64,000 nucleotides of DNA from a virus. The position numbers and the translations under genes are program-made. Positions 16,137-26,372 of this stretch are shown here, piece after piece. The first letter of the stretch is position 1, and every line of letters begins with the position of its first letter. The notes beneath the pieces are model-generated. The model did not search any database, was not told the origin of the DNA, and worked only from the letters and a program-made list of their open reading frames with translations. The stretch is taken from IMG/VR virus record IMGVR_UViG_3300041585_000108, positions 11,319 through 75,318 of that record; one strand, written 5' to 3'.

Positions 16137-16830
16137 CTTTAATATCCTTTTCATAGTTTACGTGCAATTTAATTTTGCTAACTTCATGTTTCCCTATTAC
16201 ATTGCCCAAATGATCTATTCCTTTTTTATACATTCTTGGCCTTATTCCTTTTGCATTTAATCCTTTTAAATAAGATATGTAGTCTAAGTTGTCATGAATT
16301 CTTTTATATGGAGCAAAGGTATCTTTAATAGTAACAACAGAATCTTGGATGGATCCCAAGGAAATTGGTAATATACAGGCAATATTTGTTCCAGCTGGGA
16401 CAAAATATTCTTTATTTGGGGTGTCTAGTTTCCAAACAACAGAAAAAGAACCAGTAAAAACAGAAGTTGATAAAACTGTACTTAGAACGTGCGCACCCTC
16501 TAGATATTCATTTGGAACAGGCATAGTTATAACGCTTGTATTTTCATCAGTTTTAAAAAGTAAATTTGTTACAAAGCTTACTGTTCCTTCTCCTCTTCCA
16601 ACCCAGATATTATTGGAGCCAATTATTCCAACTGCGCCATCGGCCCTAGATCCATTCCACATAAATGAAATGTCTTCTTCAAAATAAATTCCGTAGCCCA
16701 AAGTATTGGCCATCCCAATTGGATCACAATTATAAGTATTTTCATGCATCCACTCTCTTTTCATAGCAAGGGGCCTTATTTTTGCTGAAGGACTTTCTTT
16801 ATTGTTGACATACACGTCTAGGTTATACAT
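16126..16830 (-). CDS. DUF6065-like protein (paralogue of 60376..61098)
   Basis: REWM...YNCDP...ANTLGYG pattern; colinear motifs with 60376..61098. Confidence 0.7.
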   Translation of the reverse strand: MYNLDVYVNNKESPSAKIRPLAMKREWMHENTYNCDPIGMANTLGYGIYFEEDISFMWNGSRADGAVGIIGSNNIWVGRGEGTVSFVTNLLFKTDENTSVITMPVPNEYLEGAHVLSTVLSTSVFTGSFSVVWKLDTPNKEYFVPAGTNIACILPISLGSIQDSVVTIKDTFAPYKRIHDNLDYISYLKGLNAKGIRPRMYKKGIDHLGNVIGKHEVSKIKLHVNYEKDIKDGR

Positions 16831-17128
16831 TATTTTTCTCCCAAAATTTTATTAAATCTTCTAAAACTGCCCACTCTATTATGCCAAGCCTGACCTTGCT
16901 TTCTGATCCTATAATAATTTTTAATGCTGGGTGCATATCTCGATTTACCTTAAAGGTGTCTGTACATATTTTTGCCCAGATCTCTTTATTTAAAGTAAAT
17001 GTTGACCCAGCTTCTTTATAATCGACTAAAAATTGTTTCCACTGAGCATCTCCTTTTTGGTAATCTCCTCTCCCAGAATTTTTTTGAGCTTTAGCCTTAT
17101 CTCTTTTTACTTCTGATCTTTCAGACAT
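16823..17128 (-). CDS. small PD-(D/E)xK nuclease, Hjc-like resolvase
   Basis: NSGRG..KGDA...VDYKE. Confidence 0.65.
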   Translation of the reverse strand: MSERSEVKRDKAKAQKNSGRGDYQKGDAQWKQFLVDYKEAGSTFTLNKEIWAKICTDTFKVNRDMHPALKIIIGSESKVRLGIIEWAVLEDLIKFWEKNNV

Positions 17129-17957
17129 CGGCATCTATTTCTTTAATAATAATTTCATTTGTATCTATTTTAATAATTTGAAGATTTTGATCTACATAAT
17201 CAGATTCTAGCATAGCAAAATTATTATTTTTATCTAAAAAGTATTTGCTTTTCCAGGGTATATTTTTGTCAGAAACGTAGTCTAAAAATGTTCTGGCAAA
17301 ATATCTATCAGCATTAAAATATTGTTTTACCCCATGGTAAAAAGGTTCTGTTGATGGCATTATAACTGCATCTCCTGCCATAGGCTTATATCTGTAGTTT
17401 TTTTTAGAAACATCATCATAAACGCATATATCTCCACCAGAGTAATTGTTATTTAGATAAAAATTAATTGTTGCAACATGTCTTTTTAGCTTAACTTCAT
17501 TTGGAAGAGGAAGCTCGTCAATATGGTATTCCATCATTAAATCTTTTTCTGTTTTTTTAAAAAGTTTTTCTTTTTTGTATTCATACTTAAAATAATCTAT
17601 ATATATACTTTTCCCTATAGAATTCATCTTGTCCCAGTCTAAAATAAAATCTGGCCATATCCCATTATTTTTAAAATCAAAAAAATAATCTTTATTTATA
17701 AAATTTGTAATGTCATAAATTTCTTTAAGATATTTTTTTTCTTTAATTGATCGATCTGTTTTTAATTTTAAATCTAAATCCCCATCAAAAGACATTCCTT
17801 TTCTTTTTCCCTGTTGGTACCAATCTCTCCATGGGTCTAAAATTGATTCTAAGCTATCTTCTTCAAACAAGTCTATCATTTCTTGGCTAGACTTAAATAT
17901 GTTTCTATAAACAACAATTTGAGGTGCAATTACTATCTTTTTAATATCATTAAACAT
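17121..17957 (-). CDS. 2OG-Fe(II) oxygenase (P4Hc-like)
   Basis: YHID, FYLNNNYSGG, AGDAVIMPS, FYHGV, DRYF. Confidence 0.85.
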   Translation of the reverse strand: MFNDIKKIVIAPQIVVYRNIFKSSQEMIDLFEEDSLESILDPWRDWYQQGKRKGMSFDGDLDLKLKTDRSIKEKKYLKEIYDITNFINKDYFFDFKNNGIWPDFILDWDKMNSIGKSIYIDYFKYEYKKEKLFKKTEKDLMMEYHIDELPLPNEVKLKRHVATINFYLNNNYSGGDICVYDDVSKKNYRYKPMAGDAVIMPSTEPFYHGVKQYFNADRYFARTFLDYVSDKNIPWKSKYFLDKNNNFAMLESDYVDQNLQIIKIDTNEIIIKEIDADV

Positions 17958-18145
17958 TAATTTATCACATACTCTGTTTTATGATTATTGGCGCATGTCC
18001 AAAACATCATTTGTTGTTCTGGGTCAAACCAGGATTCAGATACATCTAGCTCACATTTTGAGCATGGCTTAACCCCATTAATTTTTTCAAGGCTGTCTGA
18101 AATTAGTATTTCTTTTTTATCAAAAAACTCATTAAGATTTGGCAT
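17957..18145 (-). CDS. small Zn-ribbon protein
   Basis: CSKC...WTCANNH. Confidence 0.7.
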   Translation of the reverse strand: MPNLNEFFDKKEILISDSLEKINGVKPCSKCELDVSESWFDPEQQMMFWTCANNHKTEYVIN

Positions 18146-19136
18146 TTATCTCTCCGATTAAGCTGCCTACAACAGCTGGATTTTCCCTTAAATAGGCTAC
18201 AGTTTTTGCACGTCCTTGAAAACGTTCTCCATTTACTGTATACCATGCTCCACCTTTTTCAACCAACCCGTACATTTCAGCAACATCTAACGTCTCTCCA
18301 ACTCTATCAACACCTAAAGATTCTCCTTGGTAGTAGAAATCATATTGTCCTGAAAGGTTAGGGGGGCCGAGTTTGTTGTAATCAATAATCCAATTGACTG
18401 GCCTTCCGACACGCTGTTCAATAATTTTGTCCCCAACTTGAACGCCAGCCTTGATAGCATTAGCTTCAGCTTCTGAAGACCAGAGCTTGATAACGGTACT
18501 AGAGAAAAATTTAACTGCCATTCCTCCTGTTGGGATGTGCGAAGCATGCATTGACCCAAATTGATTTCTTTGCTGGGAGATAAGAACAAGTAGTGTGTTT
18601 TTGTTTGCATAGTTTAACATTTTGACTGCGTGAGTCATATCCTTTGCTTCTGCGCCGATTTGCTTAGTATCTTGCAAATCTTTCATTTCATTTCCATCTT
18701 TTTCAAAATAAATGCCTGGAAGAAGTGCAGATATTGAATCAACAACAATTACATCTACTCCCGCTTCCATCAACTTAACTCCTACATCAACCATATCATT
18801 AACAGTCTTAGCCTGGGAATAAATAAGAGAAGAGGAATCTACTCCCAGCTGTTCTGCCCACTTTTGATCGTAAGAGGCTTCTGAATCAATCCAAGCGCAG
18901 GTTTTGCCTTCTTGTTGTGCTAAAGCAATCATTTGCAAACAAAAAGAAGATTTTCCTGCTGATTTGTTTCCCCATACAAGAACCTGTCTACCGTAGCCTA
19001 AGCCCCCTTTAAGCGCAACGTTTAATCCGATGCTTGGGGTCAGCTGCTTATGAACTTTAATGTTTTGTGCAGATTGAACTCTTGCCCTTGTTTTTGGATC
19101 TAGTTTTGCCATAATATCTTCTAATGAAATAGTCAT
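18132..19136 (-). CDS. recA: RecA/UvsX-like recombinase
   Basis: Walker A GNKSAGKS, IDSE, IVVDSI, TGGMAVKF, GAWY. Confidence 0.93.
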   Translation of the reverse strand: MTISLEDIMAKLDPKTRARVQSAQNIKVHKQLTPSIGLNVALKGGLGYGRQVLVWGNKSAGKSSFCLQMIALAQQEGKTCAWIDSEASYDQKWAEQLGVDSSSLIYSQAKTVNDMVDVGVKLMEAGVDVIVVDSISALLPGIYFEKDGNEMKDLQDTKQIGAEAKDMTHAVKMLNYANKNTLLVLISQQRNQFGSMHASHIPTGGMAVKFFSSTVIKLWSSEAEANAIKAGVQVGDKIIEQRVGRPVNWIIDYNKLGPPNLSGQYDFYYQGESLGVDRVGETLDVAEMYGLVEKGGAWYTVNGERFQGRAKTVAYLRENPAVVGSLIGEINAKS

Positions 19137-19190
19137 ATGTATTCTTTCTTCTCTCTAATAGTATAGCATTAAAATAAATTGCTGTGAAGC

Positions 19191-19391
19191 CTAAACACCT
19201 TTAATTTTTAGCTTAAAGGTAAATGTTTTTTCTTCCTCACTATAATCAACCTGTACTTCTTTATCTTCATTTTCTGCATTAATAATTTGAGATACGGGAA
19301 CAGATATTTCTCCCAGTGTCTCTAGGGCTGCAACTAAAATTTTAGCAATATTTAGTTGTGCGTAGACGTCTTCAATTTTTGCATCTGTCAT
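19191..19391 (-). CDS. hypothetical protein
   Basis: 66 aa, coupled to dnaE. Confidence 0.7.
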   Translation of the reverse strand: MTDAKIEDVYAQLNIAKILVAALETLGEISVPVSQIINAENEDKEVQVDYSEEEKTFTFKLKIKGV

Positions 19392-22300
19392 TTTATTTCC
19401 TTTACATTTAATGTTCCATCATCTAGGGTAGACAATACAACCTTACACTTCATTCCTTCTCTCATCTTGGCCAATGTCATTTTGTACATAGTGGGGAAAG
19501 CAATTGCTCTTGTTAACTCTTTATGCTTATTAGATAATACAATATGACTCATTGTTTTTCCAGCTTTTGTAACGTATGGAGTAAAATTTACGACTATATA
19601 TTCATCTTCTTCTAAGTCGTATTCTTTTTTATAAAGATAGTCCACGAACATATCGTTTGAAGATGGATCAATCTCTGATACTTTTATGTATCTAGCTATT
19701 CTATTATCTCCAACCAAAATAAAATACATCTGTCCAATTTCAATTTGTGTTTGCTCATTATGAAATAAACCAATTGTGCCAGTCTCATCAACAAGCTCTA
19801 CTCTTGCCCATCCAGACCCTCTTTTAATTGCTTTAACCATTCCAAACATAACAAAGGAGCCTAAATCATCAAAATCTTCAATAGGTCTAGCTTGAGCCTT
19901 TACTCTTGGCGGAATTCCTTCTAGATTAAATGTTGGTATTCCTAAGTATTCGTAGTAGTTATCTTTCTCATTGCCAATTCGCTTATTATCCTTAAAAGCA
20001 GCCCCACCAATATTATTAAGAGCAGTAATGGCCCTACTATTAATCCCGCTGCCTTTGGCTGAAGCCTTTTGAACAAAATTGGAATAGCTTTCGTATGGTC
20101 TTTTTTCTATTATTTTATTAGCTATATTGTCAGAAATAAATTTAATTTCTGCAAGACCAAATCTAATTGAATCTTTTTGCAAAGAAAAGTACAGGTTAGA
20201 CTCATTGATATGAGGAAGAAGAACCTTAAGCCCAAGTCTTTTAGACTCAATTAAATACTCTGTCCTTGCATCTTTATCATTTTCATTTTTAAGAATAGAA
20301 AACATAAACTCAAGCGGGTAGTGCTTCTTAAGCCACGCAGTGTAATAAGATAACATTGAGTAGGCTACCGCATGTGAACGGTTAAAAGAATAGCCAGCAT
20401 GTGCTTCAAAGTCTTGCCAAAGCTTTTCTGCTTTTTTTCTTGTAACATGGCTTGATGCACCATTAATAAACTTATCTTTAAACTCATCAAACTCTTTAAC
20501 ATCTTTTTTCTTACCAATAATCTTACGAACTTTATCTGCTTCGGACCAAGACATACCGCCAAGATAAACACAAGCTTGCATAACCTGTTCTTGATAAATA
20601 ATTACACCATATGTATTTTCAATAAAAGGCTTCATGATTGCATGCATGTAATCAACTGCCTCATTACCATTTTTTCTTGCAATATACGAAGCCCCAACAG
20701 TGTTCATGGCTCCTGGGCGTACCAAAGCATTTGATGCAATAAGATCTTCAAATTTGTCTGTACCCATTTTTATTAAAAGGTTTGTGTATGGTGTTGCTTC
20801 TGCTTGAAACACCCCCTTGGTGTATCCTTCGCTAAGCATCTTATATACTTCTGGATCTTCTAAAGATAGGGCAGAAAGATTTATATCTTTTCCAGTTCTT
20901 TTTTTAATAGACTTTAATGTATCAGAAATTACTGATAAAGTTTTAAGTCCAAGGGCATCCAGCTTAATAAGACCGATGTCCGCAACCGTATCCATGTCAT
21001 AAGCAACAACTGGTATTCTTCCAGAAACTTTATCTTGGGAGTCTTCTCTTGATTCTACTGGCGCAAATTTTCTAAGAGCATCTTTAGCAACAACTACTCC
21101 AGCAGCATGAACTCCAACAGATCTAATTCTTCCTCTTAGTCTATCGGCTAGCCAAACAACTTCTGGGTATTTTGCTCTAAACTCTTTTGTATTTGGTGAT
21201 GAAATAAAATCTTCAAAAGTGTCAATTGATTTCATTGCACGATTTACTTCCTGTAAAGGAACCATAAAAATACGTGCAGCATCTCTAATTACACCCTTAT
21301 CTTTAAAATAAGTGTAGGTTGAAATAGAAGCAACATGCTTAAACTTTTTCTTTAAATAATCTTTGACTTCTTTTCTTCTGCGATCTTCAAAGTCTGTATC
21401 GATATCTGGAAAGTCATTGCGCTCTGGGTTAATAAATCTAAAAAACAGTAGATCATATTTAATTGGATCTACGTCTGTTATTCCTAGTGTGTAACATACC
21501 AATGAGCCTGCTGCCGATCCTCGTCCTGGACCAACTCTAATGTCATTTGTTTTTGCCCAGTTAATCATATCAGCAATAACTAAAAAATAAGATGCAAAGT
21601 TTTTAGATGCAATCACACCAAGCTCTTCTTGTACTCTATCAATATAAACTTGATTATCTCCAAAGCCTAGGGAATTTAATCCGTCATAAGCCATATCCCT
21701 TAATTTTTCATCTGCATCTGTTTTAGGAACAGGAAGAAGATCTAAATTTTGATTAAAATCGTAGTCTCCAATTTTATCTGATATCTCTATAGTGTTTTCA
21801 TAGATGTCTGTTCTTGTTATTCCAGCCTTATTAAAATCAGACTCTATCTCAGAACGACTTTGAATAAATAAATTCATATCTTGAAAAGAAATTCTACGAT
21901 CTGGATAAAGGTAATTAAACCTTTCCATCATATCTTTTATGTTACGAGACATATCAAAATCAGAGTCTTTGTCTATTTTGGGTGAAGTAGAAAGAATAAG
22001 TAATGCTTCTTCAAGAACTCTATCTTCTTCTTTAGCAAAATGTGCGTCACCTGTTGCAACAGATTTAATCCCTAGCTCATCCGCTAAATCTAATAAAGCA
22101 TTATTTATTTCTAGCGGATTGTGAGATTGTACCTCAACATAAAAATCTTCTTGAAAAGTTTTCTTAAAGTCTTTGAGCATAAGTCGTGCTTCAGACATAT
22201 CTCCTTTAGCAATAGCCTTGCTAATAAGTCCATTAAGACATCCAGACAATACAATAATGCCTTCTGCATATTCCCTCAAAATTTCTTTATCTATACGAGG

Positions 22301-22657
22301 CTTATGATAAAAACCTTCGTTCCACGCAATTTCTTGCAGAGTATTAATGTTTTCTAAACCTTTTTTGTTTTTAGCCAACAATATAATGTGGTTATAAGCT
22401 TGAATAGATTTATCTGTTTTGGAAGATCTGTCAAACCTATCTGTGGGAGATATGTAAGCCTCTACCCCAAGAATAGGTTTGATTCCTAAATTTTTAGCGG
22501 CTATCTGCATTTCTCTATGAGAAGACAAAGTCCCATGATCAGTTATTGCAATTGCTGTTTGTCCAGCATCTAAAGCAGCTTGACATAATTCGGCAGGAGA
22601 ATTAAGACCATCCATTAAAGAATAGTAACTATGCACATGTAAGTGTGTGAATGACAT
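19388..22657 (-). CDS. dnaE: DNA polymerase III alpha subunit
   Basis: PHP HLHVHSYYS and TDHG, GRGSAAGS, PDIDTDF, GYSFNRSH; no intein apparent. Confidence 0.96.
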   Translation of the reverse strand: MSFTHLHVHSYYSLMDGLNSPAELCQAALDAGQTAIAITDHGTLSSHREMQIAAKNLGIKPILGVEAYISPTDRFDRSSKTDKSIQAYNHIILLAKNKKGLENINTLQEIAWNEGFYHKPRIDKEILREYAEGIIVLSGCLNGLISKAIAKGDMSEARLMLKDFKKTFQEDFYVEVQSHNPLEINNALLDLADELGIKSVATGDAHFAKEEDRVLEEALLILSTSPKIDKDSDFDMSRNIKDMMERFNYLYPDRRISFQDMNLFIQSRSEIESDFNKAGITRTDIYENTIEISDKIGDYDFNQNLDLLPVPKTDADEKLRDMAYDGLNSLGFGDNQVYIDRVQEELGVIASKNFASYFLVIADMINWAKTNDIRVGPGRGSAAGSLVCYTLGITDVDPIKYDLLFFRFINPERNDFPDIDTDFEDRRRKEVKDYLKKKFKHVASISTYTYFKDKGVIRDAARIFMVPLQEVNRAMKSIDTFEDFISSPNTKEFRAKYPEVVWLADRLRGRIRSVGVHAAGVVVAKDALRKFAPVESREDSQDKVSGRIPVVAYDMDTVADIGLIKLDALGLKTLSVISDTLKSIKKRTGKDINLSALSLEDPEVYKMLSEGYTKGVFQAEATPYTNLLIKMGTDKFEDLIASNALVRPGAMNTVGASYIARKNGNEAVDYMHAIMKPFIENTYGVIIYQEQVMQACVYLGGMSWSEADKVRKIIGKKKDVKEFDEFKDKFINGASSHVTRKKAEKLWQDFEAHAGYSFNRSHAVAYSMLSYYTAWLKKHYPLEFMFSILKNENDKDARTEYLIESKRLGLKVLLPHINESNLYFSLQKDSIRFGLAEIKFISDNIANKIIEKRPYESYSNFVQKASAKGSGINSRAITALNNIGGAAFKDNKRIGNEKDNYYEYLGIPTFNLEGIPPRVKAQARPIEDFDDLGSFVMFGMVKAIKRGSGWARVELVDETGTIGLFHNEQTQIEIGQMYFILVGDNRIARYIKVSEIDPSSNDMFVDYLYKKEYDLEEDEYIVVNFTPYVTKAGKTMSHIVLSNKHKELTRAIAFPTMYKMTLAKMREGMKCKVVLSTLDDGTLNVKEIK

Positions 22658-22680
22658 CTTAATTCTCCGCCAAAATCATA

Positions 22681-23355
22681 TTACCAGTCTAAATTGCTGC
22701 TAGTAGCAGAATCAGATTCTGGTTCATGACTTCCGCCTTCACCATTAAAGAAAGCTTCTTGTTCCGTGTAAGGCATGTCACGAACAGCCAAAGTCTCTAA
22801 ATCATAGAGTTCTAAGGTAGAGTCATCAAACTTCACTTCATCTTTTGCAAGAGGAATAATAGTATAGCTTGTGTCTGTTTTTGTTCCTGTACGTTTAATA
22901 CGCCACATGAGATTTGTGATAGATCCCATTTCTCCAGCATATTCAATTAGTGTAGGTGTAATTGTTTTCCCGCTTGAACCTTGGGAAAGAATTGCAACAT
23001 ATGGCTCTTCTTTTCCATCATCAATTAAAACATTCATGTAAAGTCGTGAACGACCTTTCCATCCTGCCTTGTAGTCTTTACGGTGTTGCTCACAACCATA
23101 ACACTTTCCTTGGTCTTCCATTGAGCATAGCGCCTTGCGCTTATAATCTTTTGGGTTAGTGTGCTCTACTGCAATAAACCCTAGTCCGTTTTTTTCGTTA
23201 TAGGATGGTGAATCTGGATCGAGTTCCTGCAAAAACCTTACTTTAACGCTTTCTGCATCTTCCAGCTTTGCCCAACGTGCTTTGGTGCCATCGCCACTTG
23301 GTTGTGGCCTGTCCATTACTTGATTTAGTCCTTTTAACCCTTTTACGATACCCAT
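22681..23355 (-). CDS. single-stranded DNA-binding protein (gp32-like)
   Basis: VRFL...EH...C...CYGC Zn site, KRTG..TDTSY, acidic C-terminal tail ending in W; lies between primase and DnaE. Confidence 0.7.
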   Translation of the reverse strand: MGIVKGLKGLNQVMDRPQPSGDGTKARWAKLEDAESVKVRFLQELDPDSPSYNEKNGLGFIAVEHTNPKDYKRKALCSMEDQGKCYGCEQHRKDYKAGWKGRSRLYMNVLIDDGKEEPYVAILSQGSSGKTITPTLIEYAGEMGSITNLMWRIKRTGTKTDTSYTIIPLAKDEVKFDDSTLELYDLETLAVRDMPYTEQEAFFNGEGGSHEPESDSATSSNLDW

Positions 23356-23411
23356 GTTATCCTCTTCTTATTTGTAGGTGATGGTATAGATCCATCTGTT
23401 ATTTTATTATA

Positions 23412-24407
23412 TCATATCCAAGAACGATATTCAATATCTGATACTGAGTTTTTTATACAGTATTTGATCTCTTCATCTGTTAAATCCCCTGCATCTTTTG
23501 CATCATGTGGATAAACTTTATTGTAATCAAATGCTGCCCACATAATATCTTTGTTCCTTAATTTGCTTGAAATTGACTTTCCTAATTCTCTTCCAGCTTC
23601 ATCAGCATCAGTCATTATGATTATCTTGTTAAAAAATCTATTCAATAAGCTTTGTTGTTCATTAGATAAAAATCCTCCTAAAGTAGCAACTACATTTGGG
23701 AATCCAGCTTGATGAATTCTTATAGCATCAAAGTTAGACTCACACACAATTACTTGCTCTCCAATTTTCTTTGCCCTATGAACATTGAACAATGTCTTGC
23801 TTTTAGGAAGGCTAGTGCTATTTTTAAAAGATTTACCCTCTATAGATCTTCCCACTAACCCAATTGGTTTTCCGTCTGGACTGTGTACTGGAGTGATAAC
23901 CATGCTCATTGATGATGAATATCCTAGTCCAAAATGATCTGAGGAATCTTTATCTATTCCCCTGCTTTTTAAATAGTTTATTGCTAGGATATTAGAGCCT
24001 AATTCTGTATGAAGCCTATCTAGTATCTCCTGAGAAAACTCTTCAAACTTTGGCTTATCTTCTAGCATATCTGACATTAGCTCATCAAAATTATTTAGTG
24101 ACTCTGTTTCTTTATTTGCTATTAGCCTTAATGATTCAAAGTCGTTCTTGTGCATAGTTCTTTTAATTAATTCAATCAGGGTTCCAACCTCACTGCATGC
24201 TGGATTAAAACAAATAAATGCTCCAGATCTTTGGCTTACGCTAAAGCTAGAGGTATTTCTATTAGAATGAAATGGGCAATAGCATAGAAAGTCATTTCCA
24301 GTTTCACCAACAATATCTAAACCGATTTCTTTTAATATTGATTTGATGTGGCTGGGGGCATACTCCGTGGTATTAATTTGTTTTGAGTTGTACCCTCTAA
24401 TTGCCAT
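23412..24407 (-). CDS. dnaG: DNA primase (Zn-finger plus TOPRIM)
   Basis: CPFH...CFNPAC, VCESNFDA, DADEAG, KDAGD. Confidence 0.9.
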   Translation of the reverse strand: MAIRGYNSKQINTTEYAPSHIKSILKEIGLDIVGETGNDFLCYCPFHSNRNTSSFSVSQRSGAFICFNPACSEVGTLIELIKRTMHKNDFESLRLIANKETESLNNFDELMSDMLEDKPKFEEFSQEILDRLHTELGSNILAINYLKSRGIDKDSSDHFGLGYSSSMSMVITPVHSPDGKPIGLVGRSIEGKSFKNSTSLPKSKTLFNVHRAKKIGEQVIVCESNFDAIRIHQAGFPNVVATLGGFLSNEQQSLLNRFFNKIIIMTDADEAGRELGKSISSKLRNKDIMWAAFDYNKVYPHDAKDAGDLTDEEIKYCIKNSVSDIEYRSWI

Positions 24408-24634
24408 GACTTCTTCTTTCCTACATATATACCATGAAGAGTCATTAAGAATCTCCATGTCTCGCCCGTAAACTCTATTGAGAATGCTGGGTCCATATCT
24501 AAAACTCTTATATAGCCTTTGCCACGCATGTCTTGTACCAACAAGTTTTCATACTGTGGCCTTAAACTTATAAGTTGTGCATTGTCATAAAACTCTACTT
24601 CAATTTGAAATCTTTTAATTTTTTTGTGCGTCAT
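24332..24634 (-). CDS. hypothetical protein
   Basis: Between helicase and primase; start set at ATG 24634. Confidence 0.65.
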   Translation of the reverse strand: MTHKKIKRFQIEVEFYDNAQLISLRPQYENLLVQDMRGKGYIRVLDMDPAFSIEFTGETWRFLMTLHGIYVGKKKSWQLEGTTQNKLIPRSMPPATSNQY

Positions 24635-25862
24635 TGGCAAAAGGGTTTTCATAAATTTCTTTGACAACACCTCTGTTGATATCCCAATCTAAAAATACTC
24701 CAAAGTCATGTCCATGTCTATTTTTTCTAGAAACAATTTCAATCATATCGGTACCCTTGTACTTATGAATAGCCATAGCCATATCTGCATCATACTCAAT
24801 TGCTTTAGACCATGCAACCTGACTCATCATTGGAGGGTTATCTTGATCTGTAATATCATCTGCTGTGGCAGCAGTAATATCGATAATAGGAATATTGTTT
24901 CTTACCGCTAAGTTTTTAAACTCACGAGAAATATTCATATTGCGTTCTGTTGGTGCCTTAGAATTATTATTATCTGTAAATAGCTGATGGTAATCAAGGA
25001 TAACAATGTCTGGCTTATGCTGATCAATCTTAGCTTGAATAGCATTTGGCGTTACGTTTCCAGAGCCTTCATTTGAAACTAAAATAAACTTATTCTTGTC
25101 CGCAAACTTTTTACTAGACCATGTTCTGAAGTCATCAATATTAATATCGCCTTTAGAAAAATCACTGGCCTTAAATAAACCAGATCCAAGCATAGTATAA
25201 ATACGATCACGCATATTCTCTGGAGTCATTTCAAGAGAAACAATCATTGGCTTAAATCCTTGCTCCCAAGCTTTGCAAGCTAAATATGAGGTAAACCATG
25301 TCTTTCCTCTTCCTGGCCAACCAATGGCTACGATAAGGTGTCCTGGAGCCATTCCAGTAGGGTATGCTAAATCGATTGACTGAAATCCTGTCCTAATACC
25401 TGGAGAGCCACCCATCTCGTCTGTACGGACCTTCAGAGCCATTAAATGCTTAATTGCATTATCTGCATCAGTTACATCTAGGTCTCTTACGTTATTAGTA
25501 TATTTGTTTAAACTAGAAAGCTGAGATTGCAATTCTCCAATTACTCTGGAGGCTACATCTTCTTTTAGCATTGAGCCGCCTCGAATAAGAATACTCTTTA
25601 GTTTATGAGAAAGAAATTCATTCTTAAGATTATCTAAATAGTATGCTGTTTCTGCAGTAGCATTTAAATCTGGCTCAAAGTCTTTAAACTTTTCTTGCAG
25701 TATTCCAACTTCAGGTATTGACTTAAACTTATTGTAATAGGATTTTAATCCATCCCAAACATCTCCGTGGGAGGTAAATAACTCATCTACATTTTCAGCC
25801 ATGACTGTGCTGATATCTTTATTCTTGCATATAGCAGAAATTAACGTAGCTTCTGTATTCAT
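24615..25862 (-). CDS. dnaB: DnaB-like replicative helicase
   Basis: GWPGRGKT, SLEM, ILDYHQL, IEYDAD, KNRHG. Confidence 0.93.
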   Translation of the reverse strand: MNTEATLISAICKNKDISTVMAENVDELFTSHGDVWDGLKSYYNKFKSIPEVGILQEKFKDFEPDLNATAETAYYLDNLKNEFLSHKLKSILIRGGSMLKEDVASRVIGELQSQLSSLNKYTNNVRDLDVTDADNAIKHLMALKVRTDEMGGSPGIRTGFQSIDLAYPTGMAPGHLIVAIGWPGRGKTWFTSYLACKAWEQGFKPMIVSLEMTPENMRDRIYTMLGSGLFKASDFSKGDINIDDFRTWSSKKFADKNKFILVSNEGSGNVTPNAIQAKIDQHKPDIVILDYHQLFTDNNNSKAPTERNMNISREFKNLAVRNNIPIIDITAATADDITDQDNPPMMSQVAWSKAIEYDADMAMAIHKYKGTDMIEIVSRKNRHGHDFGVFLDWDINRGVVKEIYENPFANDAQKN

Positions 25863-26179
25863 AATCCGCCTTCTTCCACCATTTTTTTAGTATGCTCTCG
25901 CAGTAAACGACGAGTTTCAAAATCTTTTTTTAATTCTATCCTAGCTTGATCCATTTTGTCAAAGTTATAATAGAAGAACTGTAGAGGGTGGCCAGTTTTT
26001 TCTAATGAAAAATAATAGCTTAATAGATCTGAGGCTTTATCAAATCCAACGCTATCTATTACATCCTGCATAGCCCATTTTTCTCTAAATTTATTTAAAG
26101 TAGCTGGCTTATTATATTTATCTCTATACAAGTTTTGATAAAGCGTCATAAGGATATATGGATCTTTATTATTTGCCAT
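25859..26179 (-). CDS. hypothetical protein (replication module)
   Basis: Coupled to dnaB. Confidence 0.75.
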   Translation of the reverse strand: MANNKDPYILMTLYQNLYRDKYNKPATLNKFREKWAMQDVIDSVGFDKASDLLSYYFSLEKTGHPLQFFYYNFDKMDQARIELKKDFETRRLLREHTKKMVEEGGL

Positions 26180-26372
26180 TCTTAAGCTCTTCTTCTACCT
26201 CACTTGTTTTTTGAATTAGCTTGCTTTCTACAAAAGCGTATATTCTTTCTGTGGCAGCATCTACTGTTTCCCCCTGCCTAACATCATCTTCAATGCCTAC
26301 ACCAATCTTAATGCTCTCATAGTTACCTAAATTTCTAGTAAATGATAGATCTACTTTAACTCTTGTTGTCAT
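26169..26372 (-). CDS. hypothetical protein
   Basis: TRNLGNYESIKI motif; ATG 26372 overlaps upstream TAA. Confidence 0.75.
   Translation of the reverse strand: MTTRVKVDLSFTRNLGNYESIKIGVGIEDDVRQGETVDAATERIYAFVESKLIQKTSEVEEELKNGK

Noticed and set aside
19388-25862. Inteins or introns in DnaE, primase or DnaB
   Set aside because: Protein lengths are ordinary and no intein terminal motifs or homing-endonuclease insert were seen.
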